This document shows positions 1 to 51,006 of a stretch of DNA of 64,000 bases, piece after piece (the first letter of the stretch is position 1; each line of letters begins with the position of its first letter). The notes under the pieces were generated by a model that made no database searches, was not told where the DNA came from, and saw only the letters and a list, made by a program, of their open reading frames with translations. A program made the position numbers and the translations under genes. This DNA is from Camelus dromedarius. Lineage: Eukaryota. Location of the stretch: positions 87,794,001 through 87,858,000 of the forward strand of contig NC_087436.1 of assembly GCF_036321535.1 (NCBI RefSeq), read 5' to 3'.

Positions 1-1964
1 AGTAAATATATTGAGAAAGCATGCTTTTTTTTTTTTTTTTTTTTTTTTTACTGATTGGGCTGCATCCATCAAAATGTTTGGAAAGCATTGGCCTAATTCT
101 CCAAATAAGTCAGTGGGTCTGAAGCAAGGCAGACACTCACCTCAAGGAAGGAGCCCAGCTGCCAGCTGTGAGTAGAGGCCACCAGAGGGATTTGGGGTCT
201 GTCTCCTCCAGCTTCCAGCAAAGATGAGGTCCAGCCTCCTTATGGAGGGAATGACCTTGGAGGAGTAAAAGAGGGAGGGGATGAACTCCAACAGCCAACC
301 AGCCAGCCAGGCAAAGCATCAGTAACAAACTTAGCTAGCGAGTGTGCTGGGCTCCCTTTGGTCAGAGCATCTCATAAGATGGGGGAGGCAGAGTCTCTAC
401 AGAGCTGCTGACAGCAGGATGAACAGAGCAAAGGGAAGAAATGAGGTCCAAAAGGTGGTTGGGAAGGGAATCTTCTCCACCGGAGACACGGGCACTGCAC
501 TCGCGCCTGGGGGGAGGGGGAGAGGTAAGAGAAGCAGAGGTGCAGGTGAAAGTGGGCGTCTGTCCCTGTAGGGAGGTCAATCCAGGGCTGGGGGACCGTC
601 CGTGATTAGAGCCGTGTGTGAGACAGACAGACAGACAGACAGAGGAACTCAATTTGGAGCATCAGTTCTTGTGGTGTAGAAGCATGGACTGTCTATCAGA
701 TCCTCATGATATACCCTGCAAATGTTTCCCCCCAAATCTTACAAGAAGCCATAGAACATAGAATCCTGGACCAGGGAGTCAAGAAACCTGTGTTCTTGTT
801 CCAGCTTTTCTGTTACTTAGGTATGTCCTTACATAGATACCTAGCTTCTGAATTCATTTTGTTGTCTGCAAAATGAGAGCTAATTTACGGGATCTCCAGG
901 TGCCCTTCCAGCCCTGTTGTTATGCATTTCAGGATTCTGAAAGGGGCATATTCTCTTAGGAATTGCCTCTTATGCCTGCAAATTGGGTGCAGAGAAAAAT
1001 TATAGTTTATTAAGGGTGTCTGGTTATTTGCGTTATCAGTCAACGTTTCACTGCTTGGTACCTGTTCTAGAGTCTTCTTTAATGTCTTTACTCTGAAATT
1101 ACTTGACTATGTTACTGGTCCTATTAGCTGCTCACATAATGAAGGCAGCTCAAAGCATTAACTCTTTCAGAGCTCCTGGATATAGATTAAAGTAATCTAC
1201 CTAGGAAAGAGAGAGAGAGATTACATTATTAGCTCATTAAGAAGCTATGGCTAAAATAATCGGATGCTTCCAGAATATATTGAAATCAAAATAACTACTG
1301 ACCCAAATGTATAAAATTAGATAAATTCACCACTCCACAATACAGCAGATCAGCACTTTTCCTTTTTTCTTGTCTCTTCCATTGTTCCCCAAATCCATCT
1401 GATTGTTTAAAAAGTGTAGTAGAATTCAAAAACCAAATGAGAAATGGGAAGCAAAAGAAACATCTCCTGAATTGCCAGATTCCACTAAATAGAAAACTGG
1501 CTGGAGAGCAAGCAGGACAGAAAAGAGAGCCTGGTCTCCAGAATGGAGGTGACATCGGCTGTAAGAATATGTCCACTGCAGAGGGGTGGGGGAGTTTAGA
1601 TGGTTCCATTTTCCCCCACGGGCTCTGCCTTCCCCAGTCTACAGGCCACCCCCACCCCAGGCTGAGAGTCACTGGGTTATCAGACCTGTTCCCTTAGTTC
1701 AGGATGCTGTAACGCACTACCATAGACTGGGTGACTTAAACAAATGTTGTTGTGGTACAGAATTACATTAATTAGTTTTCAAGTGTTAAGCTTACCTTGA
1801 ATTCCTGGAGTAAATCTAACTTATCATAATGTATTATCTTTTTATACAATGCTGGATTTGATTTAGCAATATTTTGCTTAGGAATTTTATATCAATGTAC
1901 ATGATAGAGATTGGCCTATAATTTTTCTTCCATTTAGCATTCTTTTCAGTTTTGCTATCGAATC

Positions 1965-2116
1965 GATCTGGTCTCTACAGAGAAGCAGAACCAACAGGAG
2001 ATGGATATGTATGTGTGGATATATAGACATATATAGATAAATATGTACACATATATCTATCTCCTGTTGGTTCTGTATATAGTTGATAGGCATGGAGCTG
2101 TACATATATCCATATA

Positions 2117-2158
<42 letters not shown>

Positions 2159-2192
2159 CAGAGATACATGCTTCCTATTGGTTCTCTTTCTC
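1965..2192. mobile_element. MLT2-like (ERVL) LTR terminal fragments in both orientations
   Basis: CAGAGAAGCAGAACCAACAGGAGAT resembles an MLT2 LTR end; reverse-complement copies at 2059-2075 and ~2172-2190. Confidence 0.55.
2119..2152. repeat. (TG)17 microsatellite
   Basis: Read directly. Confidence 0.97.
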
Positions 2193-3598
2193 TTGTTCAA
2201 AATATTTTCTAATTTTTATTGTGGTCTCTTCTTTGACTCATGGGTTACTTAGAAGTTTATTACTCAGTTTCCAGTATTTAGGGATTTCTCATCTTTTTGT
2301 TACTTACTTTAAGCTAGTTTCATTGTCATTAGAGAATATATTCTGTATTAATTCAATATTTTGACATTTTAAAATCTTGCTTTTTGGCTCAGGATATGAT
2401 CTATTTGGGTAAACGTCCCATGTACATCTGCATGAGTAATTTGAAGATACTTGGGGCACTCATTCTTTCATATTTATCAGTTAGGTTAAGTTCAGCGGTG
2501 CTATTTAATCTTTCTGCTTGCCCTCTCATTTGCTGAGAGAGATGTATTGAACCCTCCACCTCGAATAAGCCATTTAAAATGGAAGTTAAGGCCCTGAGCA
2601 CTTGATAAATAAGTAAGAGACTGAGAGAAAGAGAGAGAATCTGCTTTGTATTAGAAATGCACAGAAATCTGAAGGAGGTGTGGAAAGCCACAGAAGGTAA
2701 GAGAGATTCCTAAACTACATGGTGTGGAGGAGACAGAAGATTTGTAAAACAAGTGAGTATCTAATTCTGCCTGAAGATGTTTTGAGTTTCTGTAATATAA
2801 ACACTTCTCTGTCTTTCCACATCTTCAGTAAAAACTGCACCCACTAAAACATATGGTGAGAATGTTTTGTTTTACCTTGTTTTGAGGAACTCGAGGAAGG
2901 AACGGAGTTCTCTGTCTGCTCGACACAGTTACAGAGGCAGTGCTTGTTGTCCTGGGTACATCTGCCTCCCCAGAACTTTGGGGAATTCTTAGCTCTTGCT
3001 GAGTGCCAGGCACCAGCTCAGTGCATTAAATGCTTTTATGTTGCATTGTAGCATAATCCAAGTGTCAGAAATGCAAGCACAAGACCATCCATAAACCCAG
3101 CTATGACAGTGGAAGGAGATCTGTGCGAGAGGTGACCATAAAAATGTGAACCCTGCCCCTTAACCTCACACAGTTGACAGAAATTTGGGAGAGGACACTG
3201 TCTTCAGGAGGGAGTGGAATGGGAGTTCTGGCCATCTAATCCCAGATCTGAAAGACCCCGGTTGTCATCTGTCTTACATCACCTCGCAGTATTGTTGTTA
3301 GGAGATAGTGTTGGTAAAGCACTTGGCTCAATAGAGGTCAATAGTCAGTAGTTACCATTCAAGATGCCTTTGCATCTTTCTGTCTCCCTAACTTGGTGAT
3401 TAGGATCCAGAGAAAAGGGCAATGTCTTTTTCACTTAAGTGACACCTCCTGTTACCGCCACATGTCCAGCACTGTACCACAGATAGAATAGATGCTAAGT
3501 AAATATGTTTGCTGTTGCCAGGTTCTCAGAGTTCCCCAAATGTGGAGAGTTTCAAGGGCTGTGTTACTTATCTACTGACGCATAGCAAATTACCCAAA

Positions 3599-4109
3599 CA
3601 AGATGCTGCCTGACTTAGGATGGCTCCACTTAGATTTTTCAGCTTTACAATGATGCGAAAGCAATATGCATTCAGTAGAAACCACACTTGGAATTTTGGA
3701 TTTTGATCTTTTCTCGGGCTGGTGATATGCAGTACAAATACTCCCGTGATGGTGGGCAGCCATCGGCTCCCAGTCAGCCCCACAATTGCAGGGTAACCAG
3801 CTGAGACACTTAGAATCATTCTGTGCCCAGACCATTCTGTGTTTCACTCTCAAGTACAGTATTCAGTAGATCACCTCAGATATGCAGCACTTTATTATAA
3901 AATAGGCTTTGTGTTAGATCATTTTGTGCAACTGTAGTCTAATATAAGAGTTCTGAGCAGCTTTAAGGTAGGCTAAGCTAAGTTATGATGTTTGAAAAGT
4001 TAAGTGTATCAAACGCATTTTCAAATTAATAATATTTTCAACTTAATGATATTTTCGACTTACATGGGTTTTTCGGGACATATCCCCATCACATGTTGAG
4101 AAAGATCTG
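3599..4109 (-). mobile_element. MER47-like non-autonomous TcMar-Tigger DNA transposon
   Basis: Decayed CAGATGCTCC-GACTTACGATGG-type terminal inverted repeats; internal AATAGGCTTTGTGTTAGAT...TAAGGTAGGCTAAGCTAAG matches the MER47 consensus as recalled. Confidence 0.8.
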
Positions 4110-4112
4110 AAC

Positions 4113-4557
4113 GCAGATGGCTTAAAACAACAATTATTATCTGTTAAGGACTTATGAGCAGCTAAGCCAGTGGTTGGGCTTGGTCTCTCATGAGTTGCAG
4201 TCATGATGCCGGCTGGGGATGAAGTACGATTTGAAGCTTGGCAGGGGCTGGAAGTTCCGCATCTAGGGTGGCTCACGCCCATGGCTGTTGATAAGAGGCC
4301 TCGGCAACTCCTCACCTTTCCACAGGGTTGCTCATGACATGGCACCTGGCTTCTCTCAGACCCAAGAGGATGAGACTAAGGCAGAAGTCACAGTCTTTTA
4401 CAACCCAAGTTTGGAAGTCACATGCCATCTCTTCCACTTTCTTCCCTTCATCAAAGTGAGTCCCTCAGTCTAGCCCACACTCAGAAAGAGACGAATTAGG
4501 CCTCACCTTTGGAAGGAAGTACCAAATCATTTGTGGACATATTTTTAAAACTACCAC
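4113..4557. mobile_element. MLT1 (MaLR) LTR
   Basis: GGCTTAAAACAACA...GGAAGTCACATGCCATC...AAAACTACCAC motifs typical of MLT1. Confidence 0.65.
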
Positions 4558-5722
4558 TGAGAGTCTACCAAGGCAATAGAAATAAAAGCAAAAACAAACA
4601 AATGGGACCTAATTAAACATATGCTTTTGCACAGCAAAGGAAACTATAAACAAAACAAAAAGACAGTCTATGGAATGGGAGAAAATATTTGCAAATGACA
4701 CAACTGACAAGGGCTTAATTTCCAGAAAATACAAACAGCTCATATAACTTAATTAAATAACCAAACAACCCAATCCAAAATTGGACAGACGACCTAAACA
4801 AGTATTTCTCCAATGAAGACATACAAATGGCCAATAGGCACATAAATTTTTTTTCAATATTGCTAATTATCAGAGAAATGCAAATCAAAACTACAATGAG
4901 GTTATCACCTCACACCAGTCAGAATGGGCATCATTAAAAAGTTCACAAATGATAAACGCTGGAGAGGGTGTGGAGAAAAGGGAGCCCTCCTACACTGTTG
5001 GTAAGAATGTAGTTTGGTGTAGCCATTATGGAAAATAGTACAGAGATTCCTTAAAAAAGTGAAAAGAGACTTACCATATGATCCAGCAATTCCACTCCTG
5101 AGCATATATCCAGAGGAAACTAATTCAAAAATGATACATGTACCCCAATGTTCATAGCAGCACAATTTATAATAGCCAAGACATGGGAGCAACCTATATG
5201 TCCATTGACAGATGACTGGATAAAGACGATGTGTGTACACATACACATATACACACAATGGAATACTACTCAGATATAAAAACTAATAAAATAATGCCAT
5301 TTGCAGCAACATAGATGGACCTGGAGAAAATCATACTAAGTGAAGTAAGCCAGAAAGAGAAAGAAAAATACCATATTATGTCACTTATATGTGGAATCTT
5401 TAAAAATGAGACAAATGAACTTATTTAGAGAACAGAAAGACTCACATAGAGAACAAACTTGTGGTTACCAAGGGGAAAAGAGGTGGGAGGAGTAATTTGG
5501 GAGTTTGTGATTTGCAGATACTACTATATATAAAATAGATAAACATGGTCCTACTGTATAGCACAAGGAACTATATTCAATACCTTGTAATAGCTTATAA
5601 TGAAAAAGAACATGAAAAGAAATATACATATATATAACTGAATCACTATGCTGTACACCAGAAATTAACACAAAACTGTAAACCAACTATACTTCAATTT
5701 TTAAAAATAAACAAATAAATTT
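4558..5722 (+). mobile_element. 5'-truncated LINE-1 (end of ORF2, 3'UTR and A-rich tail)
   Basis: ORF2 C-terminal nucleotide motifs (ATGGGAGAAAATATTTGCAAA; GATCCAGCAATTCCACTCCTG; TAAGTGAAGTAAGCCAG), 3' end TATACTTCAAT plus tail; candidate TSD AAA(A/G)CTACCAC. Confidence 0.92.
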
Positions 5723-6490
5723 TTTTCTTAAAGCTACCACCGGGACATCATGTTTTGCATATGGTGATATGCTCAATGCATTTTTGTTAAATAGATCCAA
5801 GGAACATCCTTAGATTGTGACATAAAACCTTTGAAAATTCTTCTGTAATTTTTATGTTTGCCCCAAAATATAAAATAACATTCAGGACCCTTTCCAGTTC
5901 TAAGATGTCACATGTGCCTCCCTAAACAACAGTCCATTCACTATTCCCTGCAGAGATGGTGCTGTTGGGCTGAATTCTTCCCCATCATCTACCTGCTTGG
6001 ATCTAGGGGAGAAAATGCACTGTGGGACCCGTCTGCGTGGAGAGGTGTGCTCCCTGACAGCTGGTGGCCTGACTGATGGAGACATCACAAAGTGTGCCAT
6101 GCACAGCCATGGAGTGATAGAAACATGGCAAGAGGCAGATGATGTTACCACAGCTCAGGAGAGGATGGTGAAGGGCGTGCGGCAGCTGCTGCGTCAACGC
6201 TCATTATAGGTACACATTCGTCTTCTAACAATTAGACTTAATTTCTAAACATTTCTTTCCCTGCTTTGACCCAAGAGTGATTTAAGGCTGTTTGATTTTT
6301 GCAAGCAGTCCTTCCAGCTCATCAAAAAGTCCATTTCCTGTTTTTTTCCTTCTTTTTCCATTTCCTATTTTTAAGCATTAAAAAGGTAACACACTTTTGT
6401 TATCTTCTCTCTCATAGTAGAACTTTCTTATATGACCCTACATTCTATTTTTTTACCAAAAAATTAAGAAAAACAATTTGGAGAAATGCT

Positions 6491-6496
6491 TTTATT
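6491..6496 (-). terminator. Probable CWH43 polyadenylation signal AATAAA (3'UTR roughly 180 nt)
   Basis: tttatt on the + strand ~160 nt past the stop, followed on the - strand by a U/GU-rich tract (TTGTTTTTCTTAATTTTTTGG). Confidence 0.7.
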
Positions 6497-6652
6497 TAGC
6501 AATATATTTTGTAAATTGATTAAAAAATTTCCCACTGTGTACATACTGTATCTTTTCAAAACTGAGGTTCTTTGTGTGTAGTTTCCCACTTCAATTCATC
6601 TGTTCTTTTTGTTTTCCTTAGGCTTGTTCAATGAGTCCTTGTTTTAAATGGC

Positions 6653-46799
<40,147 letters not shown>

Positions 46800-47854
46800 G
46801 GCCGCGGCAGGAGCGGCGCTTTCGACGGGAGCCGCGCGGCCGCCCCGCCGTGCACACCCCGCGCCCCCGGCCGGCAGCCGCGTCCTCCCGGCCCGCTAAG
46901 AGTTTGCCTCCGCCCGCGCGGCGCGCGCGCTCCGCTGAGGCGAGGGTGGGGCCGCCCCGCCACACCCAGCTCGGCCCGCCCGGCTTCACGCCGCCCGTGC
47001 ACGCCCCGCGGTCTCGGACGCCCAGCAGCCCCGCGCCACCGCCACGGCCTCCGCCGGCGCCACCGCACAGTGTGCGGGACCCGGGGCCTGGGACCCGCCG
47101 CGGGGCAAAAAAATCAGATCCCTGGTCGGCCCCGGGGAGGGCACGCTCCGAGCGCCCCGGAGGAGGGGGCAGCTTTGCAATTTCGGACCCGCGGTGCCCT
47201 TTAAACGAGGCCCCGGGGGCGCGTTGCAAGACGGAGGCTGAGACCCAGGTGCGAGCCTGAGCTGCCAGGGCCTCTGGCGCTTTGGGCGAGCAGGTGTGAA
47301 CTGGGCCTTGGCGTTCCTAAGGCTTGGGCGATGCTGCCGGGCCATCAGGCACCTGCGACAACCACCTGTGCGTACTTCTCAGCTTTGGTAGTAAACAAAT
47401 CGCATTCTGGAAGGGTGGTTGAAAAATTCTAGAGATTACAGAATTTTCTGAGGCTTTTAGAGATGTCCCAACACTTGCTCAGGGGAGAGGAAACTCTGCC
47501 CTCCTCCACTTCATAAATAATGATCTTTTAGAGTGCCTGTCCCTGAGGAGAAAGTGAGAGTCGCTCTAATTAACCAAGGGGGCCAGTGAACTAGGCCAGT
47601 TATTTCTTGCTCAACTCTTACCACGTCTCAGAATGTCTTGGATTTTCTTTAGAACCTTCTCAAAGCAATTTATTTCAATTCACTTTAATTTTTTGAAACA
47701 GTTTGTCGTTTCTGGAAGGTTTGCTCTGAAATTAAACAAACAATGATGGGTTGCCTTAAAGTGTAAGAATCAGTTAAGAGCATTTATAGCTGTAAGTCCA
47801 TAGCAGTTTTGAGCAACGAGTTCCAAATCTCTTGATTACTTACTAGGACTCACT

Positions 47855-49800
47855 GTTGCCAGATAAACATGAAGATCAATATAATTGAGAGTCCAAAAAT
47901 AAACCCTCATTTAGGGTCAAATGATTTTCAACAAGTTTTCCAAAACAATTATGTGGGGGAAGGGATAGTCTTTCCAACAAATAATTCTAGGACAATTAAA
48001 TAGCCACATGAAAACGAAAAAGTAGGACCCCCTGTCTCAACAAAAATTAACTCAAAATGGATCAAAGACTTATGTGTATGAGATCAAACTATAAAAATCT
48101 TAAAATGTACGAGTAAATCGTTATGATCTTTAGTTAGGCAATGGACTCTTAGATATAACAGCAAAAGAAATAATAGATAAATTGGATTTCATTGATATTA
48201 AAAGCTTTTGTGCTTCAAAGGACAGTATCAAGAAAATGAAAAGACAACACACAAAATGAGAGAAAACATTTTAAAATCTTGCTTCTGGAAAGGAACTGGT
48301 ATCCAGAAAATATATTTTGAAAAGTACAACTCAGTAGTATAAAGACAAGCAACCCATTTTCAAGTTGCACAAAGGATTTGATAGACCTTTTCCCAAAGAA
48401 CATCTACAAGTAGCCAACAAGCAAACTACATCAGGTAACCCATTCGGTATCACTGCATCAGGGAAATACAAATCAGAACAAGTGAGACACCACTTTACAC
48501 TTACCAGGATGGCTAGAATCAAAAAGTGAGACAGTAACAAGGGCTGGCAAGGATGTGGAGAAAGTAGAAAACCCCCACACAGCTGATGCGAATGTAAAAT
48601 GGTGTAACCACTTTGGAAAACCGTCTCATAGTTCCTCAAACGCTTCAACGTAGGCTCAAGTAATTAAACACAGAGTTACCATTTGGAAGGAGAATTCATA
48701 AAATGGCTGCCCTTAGGCTAACAGATTGCTTATTCTTACGCTTGCTCTTAAACTGGACAACTATCCTGACTGGTTGCTGTTCACAGCTCCATCGTTAAAA
48801 TGAAGCTAATAATTGTACTGTCTCTGCTTTATTCCACTAATCGAAAACAATAATCATGCTAGGTTTCTGAGTTTTTCTCCACAAAGAAGTTCACGGGACT
48901 GTAACCTTACAAAATAGCCTGAATTACCAAGAAGACCACACCTCGGGCACTTATAAAGAGATGGAAAGAGTGACAACCACTAGCCTCTATAGAATTGGTC
49001 ACCTGGGGACACCATGATGCCACTATGAGTCTTATGAGAAGAAAATAATTCTGTTGATTGTTATCAATGCTTTAATGTGTAAGCTATGGCTATATCATCA
49101 CCCTACCCCATCCCCAAGATGGGTTCACAGTTTTGAAGGCACCAGCCTGCTGTGAGTCCCCTTTGCCCAGCAAAGTAATAAAGCTGTCTCTTTTCTTCTA
49201 AGTTCTAGAACCTTGTCTCTGAGTTTCAATTTGGCTTGTCAGGGACAGGGACTGATCTTTTGGCAACAATATGATCTATCAATTCTACTCCTAGAGAAAT
49301 GAAAACATACAGAATTTGCACACAAATATCCATAGTTGCACTATTCATAATAGCCAAAATTGGAAACAGCCCAAATGTGCCACAACTGATAAGTGGGTAA
49401 ACAAAATGCAGTATATACATACAATAGAGTGTCATCCAGCTATAACAAGGAGTGAAATGCCAGTACACACTATCACATAGATGAACCTCAAAAGCACTGT
49501 GCTCAGTGAAAGAAGCCAGACACAGACTAAATCATATATTATGTGACTCCATTTATATGAAAGGAAAATTCCTAGTGACCAAGAGTAGATGGGTGGTTGC
49601 TTAGGGCTGAGGGGATGGATGGTGAAGGAAAGAGAATTAATAGATACATAGTTTCTTTCAAGGTGGAATGAAAATGTTCTCAAATTAGACTTTGGCAGTG
49701 GTTGCACAACCCCATGAATACACTAAAAACAGTACATTGCACATGTTAAATGGGTGAAGTATATGGAGTGTGAAATATATCTTAATAAAGCAGTTTTTAA
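47855..49800 (+). mobile_element. L1MB-like ORF2/3' fragment split by an LTR at 48684-49268
   Basis: AAAATTAACTCAAAATGGATCAAAGAC...CACTTTGGAAAA...ACAGAGTTACCAT | ATGATCTATCAATTCTACTCCTAG; the L1 resumes after the LTR. Confidence 0.88.
48684..49268 (+). mobile_element. Solo ERV1-type LTR (MER41-like, cetartiodactyl)
   Basis: TG...CA ends, 585 bp, TATAAA-like box, AATAAA at ~49177, 3' end CCTTTGCCCAGCAAAGTAATAAAGCT...TTTTGGCAACA; interrupts an L1. Confidence 0.75.
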
Positions 49801-50647
49801 AATGCAATTCATTCTAGGTATATCTTGTAAAAATGCTTTGACTGGATTCCAGCCATTTGGTAGCAGGCATTCTTCAATGTGGGATAGACTTCAGTGACTG
49901 AAAACATCAGACACTTCCTTTCTCTTTGCCCATGTATGATTCTTTTCCATGCACCCATATTAAAAGCATCTAATTCTGTGTTGTGTGCACCTAGTAGGTG
50001 CCCTGTAAAGTTTATCGCTTTTCAAAGCTAAGTGCTAGGAAAATCTTTGCTTCTACTAAAGATGCACTGTGTTTCCTTTTCCACTCAGAGTTCAATTTTT
50101 GTCTTAGTGGAGTTTGGTCCTCTCTTTAATACTTTGATAATAGCTAACTTCAAGGGAGTCTGGAAAATGCTGTCTAGCTGTGAGCTAAACAGAAAGGAAA
50201 GAAACCAAGTTTTGGTGAGCAGCTGTCAAAGTCTCTGCTATAAAGTTGTATATATCGCGTTGGCCTGTACTAAGCATGTAGTAGGCGAGTACGTGTTACA
50301 GCAATTACAGCAATAGCCTCTCCACCCTCAGATCATGTTTATTGCCTTCTCTAGGCTTCTAACTCATTCTGACTGTTTTCCAACTGCGGAGACAAGGGTG
50401 GCACTCGGGATGCCAGAGGGATCAGAGTTTTTCCCTCCCCTTCTACAAAGGGATACTGTTTTACTTGTGTTTACAATCATTTTTCTGACTTATCATTTTG
50501 TCCCTCCGTGGCATATTGTGAGTAATATGACCATGAGTCCTGACCCTTTCCTTTGTAGCTTGTAAGTTTGAATTATTATTGTTCCTGTAGTCAATTAACT
50601 ACAAAGTTACTTTTAATTTCATTCCCAAAATGCTCATATGAACTTTT

Positions 50648-51006
50648 TTTTAATTGAAGTATAGTCAGTTAAAATGTGTCCATTTCTGGTGTACAGCATA
50701 ATGTCCCTGTCGTGTGTGTGTGTGTGTGTGTATACACATATATTTGTTTTCATAGTCTTTTTCATTAAAGGTTATTACAAGATACTGAATATGGTTCCCT
50801 GTGTTATACAGAAGAAATTTGGGTTTTATCTATATTTATGTATAGTGGTTAATATTTGCAAATCTCAAACTCCCGAATTTATCCCTTCCCACCCCCTTTC
50901 TCTGGTAACCATAAGATTATTTACTATGTCTGCGAGTCTGTTTCTTTTGTAGATGAGTTCATTAGTGTTCTCTTTTTTCTTCTTCTTTTTTCTTTTTAAA
51001 TTTTTT
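50648..51006 (-). mobile_element. Young L1 3' end with TSD
   Basis: TTAATTGAAGTATAGTC...ATTTGCAAATCTCAAACTCCC; TSD ATATGAACTTTT at 50636-50647 and 51007-51018. Confidence 0.88.

Noticed and set aside
4905..5258. 117-aa ORF, and similar ORFs at 41593, 48331, 49226 and 50674
   Set aside because: Antisense translations of decayed L1 sequence.
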